Under the pieces are notes generated by a model. The model worked only from the letters and a program-made list of their open reading frames with translations. It had not been told where the DNA came from and searched no databases. From the human T2T-CHM13v2.0 reference genome, Homo sapiens, in NCBI RefSeq assembly GCF_009914755.1, contig NC_060948.1: DNA of 64,000 nucleotides; one strand, 5' to 3'. Below are positions 24,255-36,152 of the stretch, piece by piece. The translations under genes and the position numbers were made by a program. The number at the start of each line of letters is the position of its first letter. Positions within the stretch are counted from its first letter, which is position 1.

Positions 24255-24263
24255 CCTTACCAT
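24255..24263 (-). promoter_or_regulatory. Putative major splice donor
   Basis: ATG|GTAAGG between the PBS and the gag ATG. Confidence 0.7.
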
Positions 24264-24323
24264 TGAGACTGAAGACTAGTCATCACTAGTGCACTCGGAG
24301 TGCACTGAATGGAGGAACAAAGA

Positions 24324-24341
24324 AGGCCACGTTGGGTGTCA
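24324..24341 (-). promoter_or_regulatory. Primer binding site, degenerate tRNA-Lys(CUU) type
   Basis: TGACACCCAACGTGGCCT versus TGGCGCCCAACGTGGGGC (13/18), 2 nt after the 5' LTR. Confidence 0.85.
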
Positions 24342-24343
24342 GA

Positions 24344-25239
24344 TATTGTGGGATCTGGTCAACAGCCTGAAATGCAATGGAGTGCTCTTTTTGTTTCCAG
24401 GCAGATCGGCAGGTTGAGAAATAATAGATACACACAAGATAGTGAAAGCTGGGTCCGGGGAGTCACCGCCTTCTGGTCCCACAGTGCCAACAATGCACTG
24501 GATATACCAGCATTTATTATTAAGTTTAGTGAGGGTGGGGGTAGGTTACTGAGGGATTTAGGGTCATTTGATTATGAGGTGAGATGGTCACATGGGGATG
24601 AAGTAATTATTTAACATAACATTTGTATGTAAAAGTACAGTACATTTATATGCAGAAGTACAGTATACAGAGATAAGAACTTACAATATAGTGTGTGTGT
24701 CAGTAATTTCTAACAGAGGCTTAAAACAGAAACACAATCTTTCCATAACCTATGATTAGCAAGATATTAATCAGCAGTAACAATTGCAACAAAAGCCGGT
24801 TACAAACAATACATGGAAACAGGATGTGAAGCTAGACAACTGGTTAGACCAGAAATTCTCAGAAGGGAGTATGTCTTAACCCTAAAGAGGCCTAGAAGAG
24901 CTGCAGCAAGATGAGGGTGTTTATAGCCCTATCTTATCCATATGGACAGGTGTCCCCCATGCATCTGTTTATAGGCTCTCCACAAGGGTCACATTCCATT
25001 CCCAAAGCTATGAACATCTGCTTTTCTGGGATAGGAATCTTGGTGATGTGAAAGCTCCCTGACTGCACATCCATTCATAGGCTCTCTGCAGGGGGAAGCA
25101 CATCACCTGCTGTTGGCTCATTCTGGCAGTCCAACCTGGCATTGTTTTTACACAATCCTGCATGTAATTTTGTATTTACAATTATCAGGAGCATTTCATC
25201 TTTTATTCCATAGTAATAGTTTCAGGGGGTCTCCCTATA
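24344..25239 (-). repeat. 5' LTR (MER11D-like, 896 bp); TATAAA candidates at 24920-24925 and 24968-24973
   Basis: Direct repeat of 15895-16799, adjacent to the PBS and the TSD. Confidence 0.95.
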
Positions 25240-25284
25240 TTCTACTTGATTAGTTTCAGGCAGGGAAAAGAAATGAAAACCACT

Positions 25285-25950
25285 GGCTAACATAATGGCT
25301 AGAATTTGAAAATAAGGGCAATATCAAATGTTGGAGAAAATGTAGACCAACTGAAAATCACACTCACATCTGCTGGAAATGAAAATTGGGCAGCTACTTT
25401 GGAAAAACTGGTACCTTACCCAAAATTTAAACATACAACTATTTGTGACCCAGCAATTTCATACCCAGAAAAACTAGCTAAATACATTCACTGAAATAGA
25501 TGTATTAACTCCCAAAAAACTCCACAGCTAGTCAAATGGCCTCTCATATCAATATGAAGAAACAGCTTATGCTGTATTTATACAAGGAAATACTCTAAAG
25601 TAATAGGAAAATACAAACAACAACTACACAAAAAATATGAATAAATCTCTAAACAATGTTAACTAAAAGCCACCAGAAACAAAATGTTAAATACTATCCA
25701 GTTTTCTTTAAATAAAGTCACAACATATGCAAAGCTAATCAGTGTTGCTAAAATCAGTCTTGTGCCTGTGCTCAGAGTAGGTGGTAACTATAGGAGGTTG
25801 AGCACAAGTTACTGGGTGCTGGAAATGTCCAGTTTCTTAATCTGAATGCTGGTGACATGATTTTTCTATTCAGGCAAATTCATCAAGCTGCATATATTGG
25901 TCTTTGCATTTTTCTCAATGTACATGATACACCAATCAAAAGTTTCTGAA
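25285..25950 (+). mobile_element. Ancient L1ME 3' fragment
   Basis: 'aaatgttggagaaaatgtagaccaactg', 'gacccagcaatttca' and 'gggtgctggaaatgtccagtttcttaatctg'. Confidence 0.65.
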
Positions 25951-26396
25951 GCCCAAAAGAGAGAGGGCAAAGTATTTTGGAGGAAGGGAAACAATTTATA
26001 AAATGAATACACAGGGGGAGATAACCTCAGCTGAACATATTTTACGTGGTAAAGTGAAAAGAAAAAAAAAACCTCAGAGTTTGTGTAGAGCTTCCTTTCT
26101 TTAAAGGTAGTTTATTTCTATTTCTATTTTAGCTAGAATGCTTTTCTCATTGACAAATAAAAATTGTATACACTTACCATGTACATCAAACTACATGAGA
26201 AAAAGGTAAATGTTGGAGTGATTTATTTTCACATGCAAAGGCAATGTTTCAGATAAAAGACAATCTTTATTAAGACTTTAATTCAAAGCTGTCTGGAAAA
26301 TAATTTGGGTCTTTCTCCATGATCTTCTCCCAGCTCCTCACTGTGTCCTTCTCATAGCATTTGATAATGCATTGAACATATGTGCCAGTTACTAAA

Positions 26397-26443
26397 CTAT
26401 ATATATACATATATATATAGTATATATAATATATATATATATA
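26397..26443. repeat. (TA)n-rich microsatellite
   Basis: Seen directly. Confidence 0.9.
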
Positions 26444-26880
26444 GCGACCTCTCTGGTTTGGTTTTATGCTTATTGCTATCTCCATGGTTGCTTTGACAAC
26501 TCTTTGTCTTATCACAATTGCCTTTCAAGTCTTTTTCTAATTTTCTTCTTGTCCTAAGAGCTTTTAGATCCTCCGGACAGGTGAAACTGTTTCTGTGGTT
26601 TGCACCCACAAACACCTATTTTATGCCTCCTTTCCTTGTCTCCCTAGAGAAACCACAAAGTTTTGCAGGACATCCTCACCAAAGCTGTTACCCATTGCCT
26701 GATCCATAGATGACATCTCAAATTGTGTTGAGTTAATAGAAGATTTAAACGTCAAACAATAAGTTGGCAAATTGTACAAAGTGAAGAAGAATTTGCTTTT
26801 AAACAGGAGTCTGCATATGAGCTTTGCGAACCAAATAGAATTCAGTGCATCTATTTTAATCTTCATGCTGGGGATATCCC

Positions 26881-27300
26881 CATGTATATACATATGTATA
26901 TATGCATATACATGTATATACATATGTATATATGCATATACATGTATATACATGTGTATATGTATACATATATGTACATATACATATGTGTATATGTATA
27001 TACATATGTGTATGTACACATATATGTGTATATGTATATGCATATGTGTATGTACACATATATGTGTAGATGTATATACATATGTGTATGTACACTTATA
27101 TGTGTAGATGTATATACATATGTATATGTACACATATATATGTATATGTATATACATGTGTATGTACACATATATGTGTATATGTATATACATGTGTATG
27201 TACACATATATGTGTATATGTATATACATCTGTATATGTACACATATATGTGTATATGTATATACATGTGTAGATGTATATACATATGTATATGTATATG
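26881..27300. repeat. ~420-bp alternating purine-pyrimidine (TA/TG/CA) compound repeat
   Basis: Seen directly; source of the many MYIH/YVC low-complexity ORFs. Confidence 0.95.
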
Positions 27301-27336
27301 CAGAAACTCACCAGGCTTGCACCTTCTTGTCTTCAT

Positions 27337-27507
27337 CAGTGGGTCCTACTTCATGAAGCTAAGACCCATGTTCTACAGTGTCGCAGCTCAAAGGGCACAT
27401 GCTTTGTTTAATGCTCTGCTATTGTGGCCTTGAAATCCTTTATTTAGAAACACTGGGACATTCATTTTCATTTTTCCTGAACCCCATAAATTGTGTAGGT
27501 GGTCCTG
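27337..27507 (+). mobile_element. MER91A-like hAT-Tip100 fossil
   Basis: 'tttaatgctctgct...cttgaaatcc...cattttcatttt...aaattgtgtaggtggtcctg'. Confidence 0.6.
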
Positions 27508-27677
27508 TTCATCACAAATATAAAAATATGTTGCCAAGCAACATGAAAAAGTCTAAATGCCATTTTTTTTTTTCTAAAGACAAGGTCTAAAGCAGAAGGA
27601 AAGATTCATTTTGGAATGGATCTTTTTTTGCAGTTGCAGCATAGTAATGTAGAATTCAGGGCTATCGATATTTCACT

Positions 27678-27835
27678 ATTTATTTATTGAGATAAGGTCT
27701 TGCTGTGTAACCCAGGCTGGAGTGCAGTGCTACAATCATAGGTCACTGAACCTTCAACCTCCTGGTCTCATGTGACCTTCCTGCCCCAGCCTGCCAAAGC
27801 ACTGGGATTATAGGCATGCACAACTGCACCTGGCC
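27678..27835 (-). mobile_element. Alu monomer (FRAM-like)
   Basis: Single ~155-bp arm running from T tail to 'cacctggcc'. Confidence 0.8.
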
Positions 27836-28307
27836 TCTGACATTGTACAATTTAGTATTTCACACTTGTCATACCAAGACCCTAAGCATATTTTAAAACA
27901 AAAAAAATCTCAAAAATGGAAAGAGTATTATCTGCAACTAAGCACTAAAAAGGACATCATCTAGCCATTGCATCTTTATAGAACCAACAAAGAGAGCATC
28001 TAGGCAAATACTACATTTGCGATCTCACAATAAGAGTTACATAGCTCAGAGCCAGAACCATGTTGAGATGTAATCATCCATTTCTAAGCTCAGTCACTGC
28101 TTAAAATTTAAACTAATTTTCTCTGCCTTCAAACCTCATCGGTAAACTGGATCTCATGGGTAAGACAATCCTACTACAAATCATCTGAATGACAATGTAG
28201 TAAGTCAAACTCATATAGAAAATAAAAACCCATATACATCTCATATATGTTTAGAATCTTTAAATAATATAATATAGTATATTTTATATTACATATAACA
28301 GATTGTA

Positions 28308-28747
28308 CTTTTTATTTATTTTTATTTTTTGGAGACAGAGTCTTTTTCTGTTGCACAGGCTGGAGTGCCATGGTGGATTTTGGCTTACTGCCACCTACAC
28401 CTCCCAGTACAAGCGATTCTTCTGCCTCAGCCTCCCACATACCTGGGATTACAGGCATCTGTGACCATGCTCAGCTAATTTTTGTATTTCTAGTAGAGAT
28501 GGGATTTTGCCATGTTGGCCAGACTGGTCTTGAACTCCCAACCACAAGTGATCTCTCTGCCTGGGCCTCCCAAATTGCTGATATTAAAGGCATCTTCCAC
28601 CATGGCTAGCTAATTTTTGTATTTCTAGTAGAGACAGGATTTCACCATGTTGGCCAGGCTGGTCTGAAACTCCTAAACTCAAGTGACCTCTCTGCCTTGG
28701 CCTCCCAAAGTGCTAGGATTACAGGTGTAGGCCACCATGCCCTGCCT
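28308..28747 (-). mobile_element. Trimeric Alu (one right arm plus two left arms)
   Basis: 'gctaattttt gtatttctagtagaga' linker occurs twice (~28474 and ~28609); flanks tgtactttttattt / tgtactttatattt. Confidence 0.85.
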
Positions 28748-29220
28748 GTACTTTATATTTTAGTTGAGGAGTAAATGTTTCTGTTTATCTTGAAAATGGC
28801 GGTGCATGAGTTTTAAATAATACAACAAAAAAATCATGTTAAATCCAATTGTATTTGTGCTTGTCCCACAGGTTTCTGTGATCTTTAGAGCCATTTTATA
28901 ATGATCTTCTCAGAAAGTATCATTCGTTACACTCTCCATCTTTCAAGGTTCCCTCATTACCTAAGGAGACAGTATGAAGGTCTGAAAATTGCTAATGATT
29001 TAAACATCTTTATATCTTTCTTGCATGTTTCTTTTTCTTTCTGTATTTCAGTGTATACCACTCACTCAGAGAAGGGTTGCCCTATTAGAGCCTTTAAGAA
29101 CAATGGTGAATTTAAGAATTGGATGTTGAAATATTCAATTTAACAATAAATTTTAAAATTTAAAATTTATTTGGATTTTCTCCTTTAATTTGATTAGCTA
29201 TAACAAAGACAATTTTGCTG

Positions 29221-29905
29221 GTGTGTTAGTCTGTTCTCACACTACTGAGGCTGGGTGATTTATAAAGGAAGGGGATTTAATTGGCTCACAGTTCTTCAGG
29301 CCAGTAGGTCTCAGAAAACTTACTGTCTTGGCAGAAAACAAGTGGGGAGGCAGGAACATTTTACATGTCTGGAGCAGGAGGAAGAGAGAGTGAGGAGGGA
29401 GGTGCCACACACTTTTTTTTTTATTTATTTTGAGACAGAGTCTCACTCTGTTGACCAGGCTGGAGTGCATTGGCTGGATCTCAGCTCACTGCAAGTTCTG
29501 CCTCCCAGGTTTTTATTCCATTCTCCTGCCTCAGCCTCCCAAGTAGCTGGAACTAGAGGCATCCACCACCACGCCCCACTAATTTTTTTGTATTTTTAGT
29601 AGAGACTGGGTTTCACCGTGTTAGCCAGAATGGTCTCATTCTCCTGAGACCATGATCCACCAGCCTCAGCCTCCCAAAGTGCTGGGATTACAGGAATGAG
29701 CCACCACACCCATCTGGTGCCACACACTTTTAAACAACCAGATCTCATGAGAAATCCATCATGAGACTGCACTAGGGGGTTGGTGCTAAACCATTAGAAA
29801 CCACCCACATGCTCCAATCATCTCCCACCAAGCTTCAACTCCAACACTGGGGATTACAATTTAACATGAAATTTGTGTGGGGACACGTAGCCAAACTAAA
29901 TGAGC
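29221..29905 (-). mobile_element. MST (MaLR) LTR split by an Alu
   Basis: MST motifs on both sides of the Alu. Confidence 0.85.
29417..29715 (-). mobile_element. Alu (AluY-like) with 16-bp TSD ggtgccacacactttt
   Basis: TSD at 29401-29416 and 29716-29731; 'tgcaagttctgcctcc' and 'gtgttagccag' resemble AluY diagnostics. Confidence 0.93.
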
Positions 29906-30814
29906 TGGAGTCAGATACAAACTGTGTGTCTCTCAACAGCAGCAGCACTTACGAATTTCTTTAAGTATTTGGTCATCTCTAACTGTGTAAATAGAAAGCT
30001 ATATAGCTTACATAAGTTTAACACAAGGTAGTATCCATAATACTCATCAAGATGTGTATATGGAGACATGGTATCCTCTCTTTATTCTTGTTATTATTAG
30101 AAGAAAGTCTTTGCTTTCTGGTTAAGTGGTTCAGATTTATTTAAAGCAATATGTGGGGTGTTTGTTTCTCGGTGGCAGGAACCTGTGGCAGATGTCCATT
30201 TGAACTGTATTTCAGTGCAGTAATATCCATAATTCACTGTTTCAGATTATTGTGGTTTAGCTGTATGGATGTCCAAGGCTGATAAATCCCTTAATTTTAA
30301 GTGAGATTTCTATAAGATTGGTTTTCCATACTATACTTCATGTTCTATGGTATCAACAACAAATTGCAAAATCTCTTGTCTTTCTTACATGTGGGTTTAT
30401 TTCAGAAATAGTACAATAGACACTAGATGATGAAACATGAAACTTTTACTAAAACCATACTGTGTGAAGTTTTCTGTTATTCAGGAAGAATACAACAAAG
30501 CCTTGTCACATCAGTTAAACTGAGAAGTGTCATAGCATGCATTAAATTGAGTATTGTATAGAAGCTAATGATTGTGATTATTATTTCTTAGAATAATATA
30601 AGGAAACCCCAAGAATTCCTGTATTCAGATTTTGTCTTGATTTGGAAGAGATTGAGCTATTTCCTGCATTGGTAAGGACTGAATTGCTCCAGTTCATTTG
30701 TTGTTGTTTTTTTGTATTTGTTTTTGTTTTTTCTTGAAATCGTAGGATAAATGTGCCTGGCAGAAAAAAAGTGGAGAATTGTTTCACAAGTGTGACATCT
30801 ATGGCTCATTCACA

Positions 30815-30940
30815 ATCCCTAGTTGCTTCTTAAAATATAGATTAACAGACCTCATTTCTAAGGCTTCTGACTCAGCAGGTCTGAAACAGTGCCTGAGAAT
30901 TCAAATCTCTAAGAAGTAACAAGTTATGTGGCTGATGGCA
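30815..30940. mobile_element. MER5A-like hAT fossil
   Basis: 'ttctgactcagcaggtctg...gcctgagaattcaaatctctaagaag'. Confidence 0.55.
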
Positions 30941-31355
30941 GAGGGATCTGAGCAGAACAACCTTTCATTATCTTTCCTAGTATAGCCAGATTTCCCACTA
31001 GCACAGCGTGCTTCCTTGTTTAATGTGAATCTGTTTCATCTCATGTTTCTCAAATACTTGGTATTTCTTGGGAACCAGAGCATCTCTATAATTCAGAATG
31101 TTGATCAGGACCAGTGGCTGGAATATCTCAGTTTGGCCACCTGAAACACACTCATGACCCAGGCAGAGAAGTGGGAATCCCATTGCAAGATCTAGCAATT
31201 TCCAAAAGGGTGGGAGCAGGGAGCTAATGGGATTGTTGCCACTTATCAGATCTGTCCTTTGCATTGTAATGCATGGAGGTGGTGGTTTCTTTCCATTGTG
31301 TGTGACCAGAGCAGGCAAGAACCACCCACTATCTGGCCCCAACACTAGTAGTCTC

Positions 31356-32261
31356 CTCCCATTAACAATTGCTACAAAGACAATAAAATACTTAGGAATA
31401 CAACTTACAGAAGATGAGAAGGACCTCTTCAAGGTGAACTACAAACCACTGGTCAAGGAAATAAGAGAGGATACAAACAAATAGAAAAATATTCTGTGCT
31501 TATGGATAGGAAGAATCAATATTGTGAAGATGGCTATACTGCCCAAAGTAATTTATAGATTCAATGCTATTCCCACCAAGCTACCACTGAATTTCTTCAC
31601 AGAATTAGAAAAATAAAATTTAAATTTCATATGGAACCAAAAAAGACCTTGTATAGTCAAGATAATCTTAAGCAAAAAGGACAAATTGGGAGGCACCATG
31701 CTCCCTGACTTCAAACTATACTCCAAGGCTAAGGTAACCAAAACAGGATGGTACTGATACCAAAACAGATATATAGACCAATGGAACAGAACAGAGGCCT
31801 CAGAAATAACACTACACATCTACAATCATCTGATCTTTGACAAACCTGACAAAAACAAGCGATGAGGAAAGGACTCCCTATTTAATAAATGGTGTTGGGA
31901 AAACTGGCTAGCCATAAGCAGAAAACTGAAACTGGACCCCTTCCTTACACCCTATATAAAAGTTAGCTAAAGATGGTTTAAAGATTTAAACATAAGACCT
32001 AAAGCCATGAAATCCCTAGAAGAAAACCTAGGCAATGCCATTCAGGACATAGGCATGGGCAAACACTTTATGACTAAAACACCAAAAGCAATGGCAACAA
32101 AAGCCAAAATTGACAAATGGAATCTAATTAAACTAAAAAGTTTCTGTGCAGCAAAAGAAACTATCATCAGTGTAAACAGGCAACCTACAGCATGGGAGAA
32201 AATTTTTGCAACCTATCCATCTGGCTAATATCCATAATCTACAAGAAACATACAAATTTAC

Positions 32262-32294
<33 letters not shown>

Positions 32295-32849
32295 CCTCAT
32301 TGAAAAGTGGGCAAAGGATATGAACAGACATTTCTCAAAAGAAGACATTAATGCAGCCAAAAATCATGAAAAAATCTTATCATCACTGGTTATTAGAGAA
32401 GTGCAAATCAAAGCCTCAATGAGATACCGTCTCACACCAGTTAGAATGGTGATCACTAAAAAGTCAGGAAACAACAGGTGCTGGAGAAGATGCGGAGAAA
32501 TAGGAACACTTTTACACTGTTGGTAGGACTGTAAACTAGTTCAACCATTGTGGAAGACAGTGTGGCGATTCCTCAAAGATCTAGAACCAGAAATACCATT
32601 TGACCCAGCAATCCCATTAGTGGGTATATACTTAAGGGAGCATAAATCATTCTTCTATAAAGACAAAGGCACACAGATATTTACTGCAGCACTATTCACA
32701 ATAGCAAATACTTGGAACCAACCCAAATGCCCATCAATGATAGACGAGATAAAGAAAAAGTGGCACATATACACCATGGAATACTATGCAGACATAAGAA
32801 AACAATGAGTTCATATCCTTTGCAGGGACATGGATGAAGCTGCAAACCA
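31356..32849 (+). mobile_element. L1PA ORF2 3' fragment, lacking 3' UTR and poly(A); (CA)n at 32265-32292
   Basis: ORFs 32007-32808 translate to L1 ORF2 ([27 protein letters not shown]). Confidence 0.95.
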
Positions 32850-34337
32850 CCTCTCTATGGCTTCCATTTCTAATGTTTAGATGTGCTTTCATCTTGAATT
32901 GTACATGTGTGTATTCATGCATGTGCTAATGGTCCAGAAGTGTTCAAATAACTTCTTCTGATTCCTTTCATAAGTTATAATATGTGGATACCATGTTTGG
33001 TGTGAGACTAGTTACTTGATTTACATTCTTGGTTATGAAAAGAGAAGCTGAGTGGTTCAATGGGGCTTATATGCTTAGATGTCCAAACACTTATTGATAT
33101 CCCCACATAAAATATTATAATGAGGATTAGACCATATATGCTCTTTTTTTTTCCATTTTTTTCACGTAATATGTAGTATGTTTTTTTCTTTCAGTGGCCC
33201 CATTACATATCATCATATGAATATGCTATTTATCCAATTTACATATGATCACATGTTTAGTTAATTTACATATTATTGCATATTTTGATTGCTTCTAATT
33301 TATAGGTATTATAAATAAATGACTATGACTGTCCAGGTAGTAAGACAAATCAGTTACTATATATCTCACACTTCCTGTAGGAAATATTTGGTTACTTGGT
33401 CAGAAACAAAGACTCAATTTCAATAACCTAATTGCTTTAAAGAAACATTCTAGAACATTCTCAGTCTCACCAGGAGTGTATGATATGCCAGTTACTTAGA
33501 TAAAAATCTGTTCATACTTTTCTTACCATAAGGCATGTGATTGTTTCTCATGGTTAAGAGCCACCTACTTTTTCTATTCTAATCTGTATCTGTTGAGTAT
33601 TATTTTGTTCTAGTGTTAGATATTTTCGACTTACTGGTTAATAAGTGCTCTTATAAGCTGACAAACTCCTTTACCATGTCTACTTTTATATCTACTACAG
33701 TTTTTTTTATTTTGTGCAATAGTATTTCTAATAAATTTGTTTAAAAAATTATATCATCCGAAACTATTCTAATCAATTATAATTGAAGTATTATGACCTC
33801 TGAGGATCTCACTTTGGTCTCTGACTTATAATTCTTGCTATTCCTTTTATAAATAACTCTTTGTATAAAGATATGAGTGCTTTTATAATCATCACAGCTA
33901 TAGTTTGGCAATGAAAAACTTCCCATAGTTCCCTCTTGCATCATTTATTTAACCTATATTTAGAGTCAAAAAGAAAAAGAGAAAAAGTGTAAAGATTGAC
34001 TTACTCAAGAAATGAGTTCATTACATTTTATATGTGTTTGTGTGACATACTTTGCAATGATGTGAGTTCTTGAAGATGGCTAACCATGGCTTTTTAAAAA
34101 TGTATTAACTTATTTGTTTGGTTTATTTAAGAAAGTCTGACTACTTTAGTATTATTTTCTCACAGCCTTCTACTTTTTTCACTTGTATTGTATGTGCTAT
34201 TTATTTTCTGTTCTATTTAAAATTGATTAGAAGAGTTTAGATAACATTCAAATCAGCTAGAGTATGAAAGAGTACATCCCAGCGGAGGTTTCTAGGACTA
34301 AAATTCATGAGATCAAATAAGTATAAAAAAACAATAA

Positions 34338-34672
34338 AATGGTTTGAATATTTGTGTCCCACCAAAATTCATTAGAATAGTATTAGGAGGTAAGGCCTTT
34401 GGAAGGAGATTAGGTCATGAGGGTGGTACACTTATTATTGGGATTACTGCCCTTATAAGAAGAGATTCAAGAGCTAACTCACTCTTTCCACCACATGAGG
34501 ACACAGGGAGAAGACAGCTGCTTATAACCAAAAAAATTGCCCTCACCAATAACTCATCCATGCTGACCCCTGACCTCAGACCTTCAGCCTGCAAAACTGT
34601 GAGAAATAAATGTTATTTCAGCTGCCCAGTTTATGGTTATTTTGTTATAGCAGTTCTGAATGAACTAAGACA
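34338..34672 (+). mobile_element. MLT1A-like MaLR LTR
   Basis: tggtttgaatatttgtgtccc...gcccttataagaagag...aaactgtgagaaataaa...gaactaagaca. Confidence 0.8.
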
Positions 34673-35669
34673 ATGACTCATTCCAGAAGTCTTCCAGGTA
34701 AACGTTCACACTGATCATTAGTATATCAAAGTCCTTGACCGCTCTTGGTGATGGAGCAGATTTTATTTGTCCATGAAGCTCTTGTACGCTGTATACATAG
34801 TGTGTATGTGAATGTGTGAAAGCAAAACACCTATTAAACTCAGGAGAGTTCATCAGCATCCATGGAACATTTTGAGAAATGTTTTTCTATACTGTATTCA
34901 CCCAATATGCTCAAAATTTCCCTCATGCTTCATTAAAAAAAGAAGCAAGATATATTAAAATATCTAGCCTCCAAGAAAATCAATGTATACTTAAAAATAT
35001 ATATAGTAAGTTTTGTTGCAATATTAAAGGTTCTCATATTTCACCATGTCCAGATTGCATTGCTTTATACTACCATAAGGCTTAGGCATCTTAACAAGGA
35101 ATAATTTCATCAATATTCCTACAGGTTCCTGCTAGAAGAGAAAGAGTTTCATAAGCAGGGTATCTTTTTCCTTCTGCAGGAATGGCCTTTCTTCATACCT
35201 GAAAATCAACTTGTAACCGGACACCACCGATGATTTTTTTAATATGTTCATCTTTTAAAAGAAAAAGCTTAATGAGAAAAATAAGGCAGAATTCTTTAAC
35301 TCACCCAGGTGCTATTCATTACTTATCTTATGTTTCTTAACCTTAAGGCAATTTCCTTAGCAATTTTATTTCCAGTATGCCATTAGAAAAAAGATCGAAT
35401 CACTGTTTCAATTCTATTATGCATAGGATTCTTGCAACACAGACCAGCAAGTGTTCCTAGAGAGTGGTGCAGAGGAACCTAAACTATTCAGCAAAATCCT
35501 ATGGGAAAAGCTGAGTGTTAACAGAAAATTCATTATGCCCTAATTCTGACAGCTTGCCTTTTTAGAAATGCGAGAGAAAACTCTTTTAAATCAGATTGTG
35601 CTTTGGAGCACGGATGGATGCAAAGGTAAGCTATAGCAGCATTCTCCAAATATAGCAGGCATTGTAATA

Positions 35670-35792
35670 ACCTGAACAGCCCCCCTTCTCAAGGTCCTGA
35701 TTCCTTTAAGTCAGGGGCAGGGCCTTAGAATCTGTATTTCTAACAGGTTTCCAGCTGAGGCTGATGCTGCTGACCACACTTTGAGAACCCCC
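35670..35792. mobile_element. MER5A-like hAT fossil
   Basis: 'agaatctgtatttctaacagg...gatgctgctgaccacactttgagaacc'. Confidence 0.7.
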
Positions 35793-36068
35793 AAAGCAGA
35801 TAAATTCTTAAGACTCCTCAAAGAGATAGGATCTAGTCCTGATGTGCTAAATTATTTCTTCTTTGAAGTTATCAAGTCATGATTAGAGTGGGGCAGAAAT
35901 CTCCCATAGACCTATAGAATTATGTATCTTAATATGACTGTAGTTATTTTGCACATGAATTCTTTGTTATTGCCCCCTTCAATATCCTAGTGGGATTAAT
36001 TGTTGCTTTCACAAAGTTAACATTTTATCTTACAGGAGGAATATTCTGTGTGCTTTTATAGAAGTCTC

Positions 36069-36152
36069 CATCTACACCATGGAATATTATGCAGCTGTAA
36101 AAAAGGATTAGTTCATATATTTTGAAGGGACACGGATGCAGCTGGAAACCAT
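36069..36152 (+). mobile_element. Isolated ~85-bp L1PA fragment
   Basis: 'tacaccatggaatattatgcagc...gggacacggatgcagctggaaaccat', homologous to 32765-32849. Confidence 0.85.

Larger units (their letters stand above)
15895..25239 (-). mobile_element. Full-length HERV-K (betaretrovirus-like) provirus, probably HML-7/HERVK11D with MER11D LTRs
   Basis: Order is LTR-PBS-gag-pro-pol-env-PPT-LTR; TSD TTCTAC at 15889-15894 and 25240-25245. Group assigned from remembered MER11D start 'tgtagggagaccccctgaaactattgctatgg' and ~0.9-kb LTR length. Confidence 0.93.

Noticed and set aside
24324-24341. tRNA gene
   Set aside because: Only an 18-nt PBS complement; no cloverleaf.
26621-27433. Overlapping MYIH/YVC-repeat ORFs
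   Set aside because: Artefacts of the alternating RY repeat.
28850-28980. Acceptor-like 'ttgtcccacag|g' exon
   Set aside because: All three frames stop within 10 codons and there is no convincing donor.
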